Virus record (IMG/VR): IMGVR_UViG_3300032205_000001
Coordinates: 44,218-108,217 of that record
Strand: one strand, 5' to 3'
DNA from: a virus
Lineage: Duplodnaviria; Heunggongvirae; Uroviricota; Caudoviricetes
Length of the DNA stretch: 64,000 nucleotides
Shown here one piece after another: positions 7,906-14,753 of the stretch (its first letter is position 1; each line of letters opens with the position of its first letter). Below the pieces are notes generated by a model. It worked only from the letters and a program-made list of their open reading frames with translations, made no database searches and had not been told where the DNA came from. The translations under genes were made by a program, and so were the position numbers.

Positions 7906-8257
7906 CGAGCGGATTGGTTTTGCCACCACAACACGGGCCACCAATGGGCCAGTAGTCGCACGTCCAGCCTAGCCGCTCGTGGTCGATGGATGAATGGTGG
8001 CAGTGACCGTGCCCATTGGCTTGGTTTGCCTCGCATTCCTCGTGGTGCGCCTTCAACTTGCGCCGATGGATGATTTCGCAATAGCGATGGTTCACGTACT
8101 GAAGCATCGCAGCGAGGATCCGATCACCCTTTGTGATGGTGCCCGTCCATTGCTTGATCTCCAATTCGCGCAATAGCTCTTCGTACTCTTCGGCTGTGAG
8201 ACAGATCGAAGAGTCGAAGTAGAGCCGGATCAATGGTTCAACTGGCTTATCCGCCAT
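7901..8257 (-). CDS. His/Cys-rich hypothetical protein (118 aa)
   Basis: Track ORF 7901..8443 trimmed to Met63 (MADKPVEP); 11-nt overlap with the upstream gene. Confidence 0.4.
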   Translation of the reverse strand: MADKPVEPLIRLYFDSSICLTAEEYEELLRELEIKQWTGTITKGDRILAAMLQYVNHRYCEIIHRRKLKAHHEECEANQANGHGHCHHSSIDHERLGWTCDYWPIGGPCCGGKTNPLG

Positions 8258-8576
8258 TGGACACCGGCCCGAGCACAGCAAAGCGGTGACGGCTACCACC
8301 GAGGTTGGAGCGGCAGCACGAGCACATGCGCCAGCTGAATTCGTTGATACCGTCGCCGGTTTCGGAGTCGAAGTCCGGCACGAGGTTGGGCCCGAGGCGT
8401 GCGAGACCAGCATCGATCTCAGCAGCGCGCTCCTTGGCGCCATCCCTCAGCTCGCCACGGCCCGGGGACTCACCCTTGCCATAGTGCTCGTCGATACCCG
8501 AGTAATCGCCGTTGACGGCAACGAACAGGCAATCCTGGCACAGTTGGAGGTCATCCATCACGACTTGCATCGCCAT
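8247..8576 (-). CDS. hypothetical protein (109 aa)
   Basis: Track ORF 8247..8843 trimmed to Met90; CAT-N6-ACTACAA at the cassette 8574-8648. Confidence 0.4.
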   Translation of the reverse strand: MAMQVVMDDLQLCQDCLFVAVNGDYSGIDEHYGKGESPGRGELRDGAKERAAEIDAGLARLGPNLVPDFDSETGDGINEFSWRMCSCCRSNLGGSRHRFAVLGPVSNGG

Positions 8577-8648
8577 GCCTGTACTACAACCGAGCAATCT
8601 CCAATTTTCAGAGAAAACGCGGACCGGGTTGGTTGTAGTCGAGGCATG
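8574..8648. promoter_or_regulatory. divergent cassette, copy 10
   Basis: CAT-gcctgt-ACTACAAcc...TTTTCAGAGAAAA...GGTTGTAGT-cgaggc-ATG. Confidence 0.55.
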
Positions 8649-8831
8649 CTGCACACATTCATCATCCTGTTTCTCAACACCCCAGGTCCGCACGTTCCGC
8701 ACAAGGTCGATCACAAGGCCGACATGCGCGTGAGCGAGCACATCATCGACTCGTCCAAGAATGGCGAGAACTCGCGCAAGCGGCAGCTCCACAGCATGTG
8801 GCGCGACGAGTACAAGCTGGCGCGGAAGTAA
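8646..8831 (+). CDS. hypothetical protein (61 aa, begins MLHTFII)
   Basis: In frame with track ORF 8286..8831 (Met121); ATG lies 6 nt after GGTTGTAGT. Confidence 0.35.
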   Translation: MLHTFIILFLNTPGPHVPHKVDHKADMRVSEHIIDSSKNGENSRKRQLHSMWRDEYKLARK

Positions 8832-8835
8832 TCCC

Positions 8836-9036
8836 ATGGCCAAGCGTAGCGATGCTCAAATCCTTCGGGACCTTCAGGGTGTGGAAAACGGGCTGAGTCC
8901 AGAGAACCTCTGGTGTGATGGGGAAGCGAGCCCGGCTTACGTGCGCAAGCGTGGCGCAGAACTGAGGCGCCAGCGTGCAGCTCTGATCAAAGAGCTAGGA
9001 CGTGAGCCCACTACATCCGAGCTGTATGGGTTTTGA
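8836..9036 (+). CDS. hypothetical protein (66 aa)
   Basis: In frame with track ORF 8761..9036 (Met26); followed by hairpin 9039-9058 and palindrome 9092-9111. Confidence 0.35.
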   Translation: MAKRSDAQILRDLQGVENGLSPENLWCDGEASPAYVRKRGAELRRQRAALIKELGREPTTSELYGF

Positions 9037-9038
9037 TC

Positions 9039-9111
9039 CCTGAGCTGAGTCGCTCAGGTAGATCTCGCACCGTGCTGTGAAGCCCTGTGACGGAAAACTC
9101 TAAGAGTTTTC
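9039..9111. terminator. CCTGAGC-tgagt-c-GCTCAGG hairpin plus GGAAAACTC-TAA-GAGTTTTC
   Basis: Between convergent genes 8836..9036 and 9202..9480. Confidence 0.5.
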
Positions 9112-9201
9112 TAAATACAATAGCTGATTGGATCTGGTGATCCTTCCGGCCTTGGTAGGCGGCTCAGCTGGCAGCTCTATATACAGATCGTGAGCCACCC
9201 A

Positions 9202-9480
9202 CTACGGTGCCGTCGCCACACCTTCGCTGCCATCGTCATAGGTGATTTTGTCGTACTCGCCGCACACCTTGAACTTGTCGAGAAACATCAGCTCGCCACG
9301 GTCCATCACCCATGGCTTGTAGGTGATCTCGGTGTCGAGTGGAACGTCGATCGACTCGGTGATCGCATCCAGATGGAGCGTATCGCCGTTCACGGTCAGC
9401 TTGCGCGCGAGGTGTCCCGTGTAAGCGCAGCGAATCTCGCAGCTCTTGTGCCCTGCCATCAGCGTGCGGAAGGTCATCAT
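9202..9480 (-). CDS. hypothetical protein (92 aa)
   Basis: ORF track; start abuts the cassette at 9478-9551. Confidence 0.45.
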   Translation of the reverse strand: MMTFRTLMAGHKSCEIRCAYTGHLARKLTVNGDTLHLDAITESIDVPLDTEITYKPWVMDRGELMFLDKFKVCGEYDKITYDDGSEGVATAP

Positions 9481-9551
9481 GGTCTGACTACAACCATCGA
9501 GCCCGTCGTTTTCACGAAAATCCCGAGGTTCGCGCTTGTAGTACGGACATG
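9478..9551. promoter_or_regulatory. divergent cassette, copy 11
   Basis: CAT-ggtctg-ACTACAAcc...TTTTCACGAAAAT...TTGTAGTAC-ggac-ATG. Confidence 0.55.
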
Positions 9552-9746
9552 CTGCAATTCGTTCTCACCATCAACGTCGAGGGGCTGTCCTACGCTGACG
9601 TGGCGAGTGCGCTACGTGCCACGGCTTCCCATCTCGCAGCTGGCCGCTACAGTGCGCTCATCGCCGAAGGCGGCGACTCTGGCCGCATCATGGCCGAGGA
9701 CAAAGAGACTCGCATTGGTGGCTGGCACATCACCGAGGACAAGTAG
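9549..9746 (+). CDS. hypothetical protein (65 aa, begins MLQFVLT)
   Basis: ORF track; cassette-driven. Confidence 0.4.
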   Translation: MLQFVLTINVEGLSYADVASALRATASHLAAGRYSALIAEGGDSGRIMAEDKETRIGGWHITEDK

Positions 9747-9748
9747 CC

Positions 9749-9928
9749 ATGTATCGCACGTTCAAGCGCAGCTGTACGGACTGGCAAAGCTTCGCCAGCG
9801 CTCGCAAGATGACGGTTGATACCCATCTCAGCTACGCGCAAGCGCTCGAAGCCTGCGAGCAATTCAACAACAATCGGACCCCGCGCCAGATTCGCAAGGG
9901 GACTAAGCTCGAATTCGAGCGCATGTAA
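9749..9928 (+). CDS. hypothetical protein (59 aa; below the ORF-track size cut-off)
   Basis: Manual ORF MYRTFKRSCTDWQSF...EFERM; starts 3 nt after the previous stop; followed by a 12-bp long-range hairpin and the perfect palindrome at 10012-10029. Confidence 0.35.
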   Translation: MYRTFKRSCTDWQSFASARKMTVDTHLSYAQALEACEQFNNNRTPRQIRKGTKLEFERM

Positions 9929-9933
9929 GTTAC

Positions 9934-10068
9934 GCCAGGCACGGGGCACGAACACACTGGAACGTCGATCGTGCGGCGCCCAGTGATGCCCGTGCCTGGC
10001 TCTATATAACGGAAAACTCTAGAGTTTTCTTTCTACTAATCAACTACTAGTTCCTACTAAATTAGTAG
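9934..10068. terminator. 12-bp long-range hairpin (GCCAGGCACGGG ... CCCGTGCCTGGC), perfect 18-nt palindrome GAAAACTCTAGAGTTTTC (10012-10029) and CTACTAA-a-TTAGTAG
   Basis: Between convergent genes 9749..9928 and 10073..10522. Confidence 0.55.
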
Positions 10069-10072
10069 CAGC

Positions 10073-10522
10073 CTACGAGTACAGCACCGTGATCGATGCG
10101 GCGTAGGGGTTCGGGCTGAACTCCAGCCGGAGGCTCTTGATCGAGCAGTGCTCCAGCTTCTGCAGGCGAGCGATAAGCCGCTCGGCGGCATGCTGCGCCA
10201 GTAGCTCGCACGAGAGCGTAGTGGGCTCGCTGGCGATGCGATCCATGAACACCCCGAGCATGGCCTGGTCGAAGAGAAAGCCCCGGGAATCGAGCTTAGG
10301 CTCGCACTCCACGCTGACGTTCCAGCGGACGGGAATTGCCTTGCGGCCACCGTCGACCCGAACGAGCTGATCAGCCGGACCACAGTGATTGGTGCCCGGG
10401 GTCACGATGAAATTCGACAGCCCAGCGCGCTGGATCGTCATCGTGCGGAGGGAGAGGGAGATCGTGCGCACGGGCGCAGCAACCGGCTTAACAACCTTCG
10501 TCGTCGTGTGTTGGTTCAGCAT
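10073..10522 (-). CDS. hypothetical protein (149 aa, begins MLNQHTT)
   Basis: ORF track; preceded on the minus strand by TTGACA-N17-TAAAAC-N8-ATG (10523-10559). Confidence 0.5.
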   Translation of the reverse strand: MLNQHTTTKVVKPVAAPVRTISLSLRTMTIQRAGLSNFIVTPGTNHCGPADQLVRVDGGRKAIPVRWNVSVECEPKLDSRGFLFDQAMLGVFMDRIASEPTTLSCELLAQHAAERLIARLQKLEHCSIKSLRLEFSPNPYAASITVLYS

Positions 10523-10559
10523 GACAACCGTTTTATCAGGTCATGCGGCGATTGTCAAG
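10523..10559 (-). promoter_or_regulatory. leaderless promoter CCTTGACAATCG-N17-TAAAAC-N8-ATG
   Basis: Reverse complement read of 10523-10562. Confidence 0.5.
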
Positions 10560-10566
10560 GTATCAT

Positions 10567-10791
10567 TTACTTGGAATCCCGAGGTTTCCTGATCATCCGT
10601 TTGGCGCTTGCGAGCCCGCACTCGAAGCATCGCCGGCATGGGTAGAGACTACAGATCGGCAGCACGGGAATTTCAGCCTGGAAAACTCTTCCACGTCGAT
10701 CTTCAGATCGGTAGTTAAACCAGGTGATCTCGAAGAGCGCCATCCACTCGGGATCGATCTTTAGCTCAAGCTTCTGTGAGGAGTTTTCCAT
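10567..10791 (-). CDS. possible small protein (74 aa)
   Basis: ORF track; its start overlaps a GAGTTTTCC half-site; sits inside a split palindrome (10689-10789); weak. Confidence 0.2.
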   Translation of the reverse strand: MENSSQKLELKIDPEWMALFEITWFNYRSEDRRGRVFQAEIPVLPICSLYPCRRCFECGLASAKRMIRKPRDSK

Positions 10792-10799
10792 AACGGGCC

Positions 10800-11225
10800 C
10801 TAGGCCGCGATGCCCTCGGCCGGTTCGTCCACGTCAGAGAGTGAGGTTCCGCTTTGCGCGGCAAGCCACACCTCGCGGGAGAGCTGTCCCTCGTCGATGA
10901 TCTCCCAGTAACGATAGCCCGATTCGGCTTCCCACTCCACGGCGATCATGCGCCCGGTGTAGCTCGACGGGGGCTCCGGGCGATACGCGTGGCTCGCTTC
11001 CCAGGCCGCACGATGCTCAGCCTCTTGAGCCCAGAAACGGGCCTCCTCGCCGCACTCGTCGCACGTGACGAGCATGCAACAGCACGGCGCATCCATCCAA
11101 AACGGTTGTAGATCGACGTCCCGGCCATTGTCGACCACGAGCGAAGCCTTACGGGCTGCGATCTCTGCGAGATACAGCTTGTGACCGACGTAGCGGCGGA
11201 AGCGCTTTCCGAAGGTGCGAGCCAT
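10800..11225 (-). CDS. hypothetical protein (141 aa)
   Basis: ORF track; start abuts a half cassette at 11223-11268. Confidence 0.45.
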   Translation of the reverse strand: MARTFGKRFRRYVGHKLYLAEIAARKASLVVDNGRDVDLQPFWMDAPCCCMLVTCDECGEEARFWAQEAEHRAAWEASHAYRPEPPSSYTGRMIAVEWEAESGYRYWEIIDEGQLSREVWLAAQSGTSLSDVDEPAEGIAA

Positions 11226-11268
11226 GCCTGTACTACAAGCCAGGGAGAAACGTTTTTCAGGGATTCGA
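11223..11268 (-). promoter_or_regulatory. half cassette upstream of gene 10800..11225
   Basis: CAT-gcctgt-ACTACAAgcc...TTTTTCAGGGATTC. Confidence 0.4.
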
Positions 11269-11305
11269 AGGATTCACAGATCGTGATCACGCCACAGGGG
11301 AAGAA

Positions 11306-11368
11306 GAAAACTCTAGAGTTTTCCACTCCCCAAAGCGCGCAAGCGCTTGCCCCGTAGGGCCTTGCGGC
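11306..11368. terminator. GAAAACTCTAGAGTTTTCC palindrome, GCAAGCGCTTGC palindrome and GGCCTTGCGGCC, downstream of the leftward sigma gene
   Basis: Perfect inverted repeats. Confidence 0.55.
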
Positions 11369-11905
11369 CTAGGCCTCGTCGGCGAGATCCGCCACGATGG
11401 CTTTCATCCGGCGGGTTGCCGTGGCAGGCGACCATCCGACGAGCGCTCCGGCCTCGGTCTGTCCCATGCCGTCCAGCATGGCGCCCACGAACGTACGAGC
11501 GTCCGAGTCGAGCGTATCGAGCGCAGTGGCAAGCCAAGCCATCTCCGACCGACGCTCGACATCGAGGCGACCATCGGGGCCCACGAACGAACCACACTCG
11601 GCCACGTTCGTGCCGAGGGTATCGACGAGCATGCTCGTGTTCCCCTCGTCGTCGGAAGCTTCCGACACGTGGCCATTGTTGGCGCTCGCCTTGCGCCAGT
11701 TACGAGCGGTATTGCTGGCGATACGGAGCGCCCACGACTCGAACGAACCACGGGACTCGTCGAAGGTTTCGACGGCCGACAGGATGCGCACAACCGCATC
11801 CGACACGATGTCATCGGTGGCCGACGTGGGGCCAATGGCCCGCTCGACGGCGCGCGACATGGACTTGAGTAGCTTCGCGTTCAGTGCAGCGTTGATGTTC
11901 AGCAT
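11369..11905 (-). CDS. ECF-like sigma-70 family sigma factor (paralogue of 6129..6650)
   Basis: FESWALRIASNTARNWRK (region 2) and ARTFVGAMLDGMGQTEAGALVGWSPATATRRMKAIVADL (region 4); promoter TTGACA-N17-GATAGT-N6-ATG at 11906-11940 on the minus strand. Confidence 0.7.
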   Translation of the reverse strand: MLNINAALNAKLLKSMSRAVERAIGPTSATDDIVSDAVVRILSAVETFDESRGSFESWALRIASNTARNWRKASANNGHVSEASDDEGNTSMLVDTLGTNVAECGSFVGPDGRLDVERRSEMAWLATALDTLDSDARTFVGAMLDGMGQTEAGALVGWSPATATRRMKAIVADLADEA

Positions 11906-12043
11906 GTAGAGACTATCTCATATCATCGCCCGATTGTCAAGCATTCCGAGCATACTCAAATACGCCATATTGCTCGAGAATCTAAGATTGTCGAGGTATC
12001 GACGGACCTTGACAATCGAGCGGGACCGTGCTACCTTCTGTCT
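11906..12043. promoter_or_regulatory. divergent control region: leftward TTGACA-N17-GATAGT-N6-ATG and rightward CCTTGACAATCG-N17-TACCTT-N6-ATG, with the imperfect inverted repeat GATTGTCgAGG-N10-CCtTGACAATC
   Basis: Read directly from the sequence; the inverted repeat overlaps the rightward -35. Confidence 0.55.
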
Positions 12044-12307
12044 ATGCTGAACCACAACGATTCCCTGGTGAAGATGGCTTCCGAGCGCTACGAGCAAGCT
12101 GCGGCCGATCTGGAAAAGGCCTGCAAGGCTTACCGTAAGCATGCCTCGGGCCCGATGGCCGATTTCTACGATCTCCGTATGGAGGAGGCGTTCACGGCAT
12201 TGGAGATCGCAGCGGACGATCTGAGGGAGATCCGCGATGGCTACCGCCACACCTACCCCCATCCCGTGGCCATGGCGCCGCATGGCTCACGCTACCCGGT
12301 ACGCTAA
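12044..12307 (+). CDS. hypothetical protein (87 aa, begins MLNHNDS)
   Basis: ORF track; promoter TTGACA-N17-TACCTT-N6-ATG at 12009-12046. Confidence 0.5.
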   Translation: MLNHNDSLVKMASERYEQAAADLEKACKAYRKHASGPMADFYDLRMEEAFTALEIAADDLREIRDGYRHTYPHPVAMAPHGSRYPVR

Positions 12308-12699
12308 GCAGGCCTAGATCCTAGCAGATCTGGCATGCATTGTCAAGATCTCGCGTATGCATAGGAAAACTCTAATGTATACACGGCATATAGCGTGCCA
12401 ATATAGGAGTTTTCCATGGCTATGCATGCAACACATTGATATCATTGGCGCGAAAACTCTCCGCGCATAGGGATTTCAGCCTATTGGAGGGCGTGCCGGT
12501 CCCCACGTCTAATCACGACACCTTTTCACCCTCTAATAGGTCATTCCGCGATTGTCAATTTTCGTTTCAAAGGGGACCCTATTTCCATTTCCAATAGGAA
12601 ATCGAAAATATTGGAGAACTATTTTTCACCTGGAACACCTATTAACGCATTGTCAATGGCGCTCTTGACAATGAAGCCCGCCCCAACGAACCTCTTCCC
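12308..12699. promoter_or_regulatory. AT-rich repeat-dense intergenic region (candidate origin or regulatory switch)
   Basis: Five CCAATAGG/CCTATTGG-type boxes; the split palindrome GGAAAACTC (12364-12372) ... GAGTTTTCC (12407-12415) flanked by TATGCATA; a GCGCG-AAAACTCT-CGCGC hairpin; CATTGTCAA-N9-TTGACAATG (12647-12673); an A/T-rich stretch at 12580-12625. Confidence 0.4.
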
Positions 12700-12939
12700 A
12701 TGATGGAGACGCTCTTTATCCAGTTGGGCGATTTGATGGTGAACATCGCCAAAGTGAACTACTTCAAGCCCGCCGTGGTCCCGCACAAGTGCTACATGTT
12801 CCTCCACGGGACGCAGAACCCCGTAGAGCTGGACATCGGGCTCGATGGAGTGAAGTCCGCCCTCGCCGAGACCTACCAGCAGATGGCGATGATGCAGGCC
12901 GCTGCCAACAAGGCGTATGGCTCGAAAGGCAGCTCGTGA
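12700..12939 (+). CDS. hypothetical protein (79 aa)
   Basis: ORF track; CATTGTCAA-N9-TTGACAATG inverted repeat lies just upstream. Confidence 0.45.
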   Translation: MMETLFIQLGDLMVNIAKVNYFKPAVVPHKCYMFLHGTQNPVELDIGLDGVKSALAETYQQMAMMQAAANKAYGSKGSS

Positions 12940-13133
12940 TTGAAATCGCCGTCATCGAGTGCGCTCCAGGCCATCCCCAGCATCAGGTCGTCCTGAACGT
13001 GAACGGTGTGATTTTCTGGCTGCAAACGCCCTCCCCTGACAAAGCCAGCGCTCATGCGGTCGCTGACCAGGTGAAGTCCAACATCTCGACGCAGGTGGCT
13101 CGCCTCAAAAAGGACGAGGGTGGCAATGGGTGA
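12936..13133 (+). CDS. hypothetical protein (65 aa, GTG start overlapping the previous TGA)
   Basis: In frame with track ORF 12789..13133; GTGA overlap suggests translational coupling. Confidence 0.3.
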   Translation: MIEIAVIECAPGHPQHQVVLNVNGVIFWLQTPSPDKASAHAVADQVKSNISTQVARLKKDEGGNG

Positions 13134-13359
13134 TGTCCACTATGCCCTCGTAGGCCGCTCGCACCTCATCAACTTGGATAAGGTCATCCATATCGAATAC
13201 GACACGGAGGAAGACCGAGACGACGGGGATATCCACTTCTACTTCGAGAACGGCAAGCAGGTCATCATCACCGAGGTCTCGTGGAAGGAGTTCATTGCGA
13301 ACCTAACCAGCGCTCAAGGTGAGAAACGCCCGCCATCGTCCGTTGAAGGTACACCATGA
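13126..13359 (+). CDS. hypothetical protein (77 aa)
   Basis: Track ORF 13120; ATG 13126 after GAGGGTGG; overlaps the previous stop. Confidence 0.4.
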   Translation: MGDVHYALVGRSHLINLDKVIHIEYDTEEDRDDGDIHFYFENGKQVIITEVSWKEFIANLTSAQGEKRPPSSVEGTP

Positions 13360-13544
13360 CTATGCCTGGCCACGCCCGTCTCCTTCGCCTCGTCGAGCTG
13401 ACCAAGAAGGGTCACATGGAGGAGTTCACGATGGAGGACATGGAGACCATCAAGTCGGATGTTAGCGCGTTGTTCACGCACGAGGTCCGCGACCTGGTGT
13501 CCGTCCTCATGGACCAGATTCTTGTTCTGAAATCACGTACCTGA
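13356..13544 (+). CDS. hypothetical protein (62 aa)
   Basis: ORF track; ATGA overlap. Confidence 0.4.
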   Translation: MTMPGHARLLRLVELTKKGHMEEFTMEDMETIKSDVSALFTHEVRDLVSVLMDQILVLKSRT

Positions 13545-13650
13545 ACAATTCCTCCATCACCTATGAAAGTCCAACGTCAGACGCTTGTAGTACGACTATC
13601 ACTGCCAACCGGGACCCACTTCGGAATCCCTACCGGCACTGGAGTCAACG

Positions 13651-14037
13651 ATGACGGATAAGATGGACCCCAAGAAGACCACGAGCGCCAACCCGCCTCT
13701 GTTTGTGCCCAAGCAAGAGGACCCGAACAAGGTCGAGCTGACCCTGGACGAAACGCTGCTCAAGCTGGCCGACCTCTATCGGCAGTTCGCTCCGCTGAAG
13801 AAGCAGCTGGAGAACCTGAAGGGCGTTGCTAAGGCGCACCTCAAGGCTCAGGGCAAGACGAGCTACCAGATGGAGAACGGCATCAAGGCCCAGTTCTACG
13901 ACTCGCAGAAGTCGCAGCTCAACAAGGAGCTAGCCAAGGAAATCTGCGGTCCGCGTTGGGCCGAGGTCGAGAAGTTCGTGACCACCACGAGTTTCAAGGT
14001 CACGGTGCCCGGCGTGAAGAGCCCGGACGCCGATTAG
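13651..14037 (+). CDS. hypothetical protein (128 aa, coiled-coil-like)
   Basis: ORF track; a TTGTAGTAC half-site at about 13586-13597 lies upstream. Confidence 0.5.
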   Translation: MTDKMDPKKTTSANPPLFVPKQEDPNKVELTLDETLLKLADLYRQFAPLKKQLENLKGVAKAHLKAQGKTSYQMENGIKAQFYDSQKSQLNKELAKEICGPRWAEVEKFVTTTSFKVTVPGVKSPDAD

Positions 14038-14303
14038 TTCAACCCATCCTGCTACGTCAATACGAAGGAAGCGTACGGACCGTAAGAGGCAGGTCGAGAT
14101 AATACTCGACGTATGCAACCAGTCGGTCCAGGATGGCCATCTCTGGAGCTGATGGGAGTACGACCCTTGGACGCAAATACTTTCCTTCCACCCGGGAAAG
14201 TAGTCCTTGCTAGGCCCATCGGTAATTAGCAGCAGGCCCGCTCCGCCTGGGGAGGCAAGAGAGCAATCGTGTCGGGCGCCGGCCACGCTAACGAGGCGCA
14301 CTT

Positions 14304-14389
14304 GGATTTACCCCGGAAGGATACTGCTCTCCTGGCTTCGGCCGAACCAGTGAAATGTCCGGCAGGCGTGGAAGACGCCAGGTAAATCC
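14304..14389 (+). ncRNA. candidate structured small RNA
   Basis: Closing stem GGATTTACC/GGTAAATCC encloses a GGC-UUCG-GCC tetraloop hairpin (nested in a CTGG/CCAG stem) and a GGCG-N7-CGCC hairpin; it lies in a 449-nt ORF-free, lower-GC gap (14038-14486) in an otherwise gap-free operon. Confidence 0.3.
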
Positions 14390-14486
14390 GCTACTTGTAA
14401 AATAGTTGAAGTTTTTTCGGCAAAAGGGTTCCGGCTTGTAGTTCCCACGACGATTGACCCCGTGAAACACAGGAGGTCTACGCGTC

Positions 14487-14729
14487 ATGGAGAACGACTA
14501 CGAAATTCCGACGAGCCCGATGGTTGCCCGCGCGATGCTCCGCTTCTATCGCCTGATGGAAAAGCAGGAGCCGGGGCGCTGGGCCAAGTACATCGAGTTC
14601 TACGAGGCACTGGTGGAGGCGCTAGGCTCGCCCGCCATCAGCCCGCAGGAACGGCTGCTCAGGCACATCTTCGACCATCGGCAGGAAATTCTCGACGAGC
14701 TAGACGACGAGGACGACCTGGACAATTGA
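14487..14729 (+). CDS. hypothetical protein (80 aa)
   Basis: ORF track; AGGAGG Shine-Dalgarno at 14471-14476. Confidence 0.5.
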   Translation: MENDYEIPTSPMVARAMLRFYRLMEKQEPGRWAKYIEFYEALVEALGSPAISPQERLLRHIFDHRQEILDELDDEDDLDN

Positions 14730-14753
14730 GCAAATATTTGCGACGACAACGCC

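Noticed and set aside
10073-10522. QueD/6-pyruvoyl-tetrahydropterin synthase-like T-fold enzyme
   Set aside because: The superficial resemblance lacks the CxxxHGH zinc-binding motif, so it is left as hypothetical.
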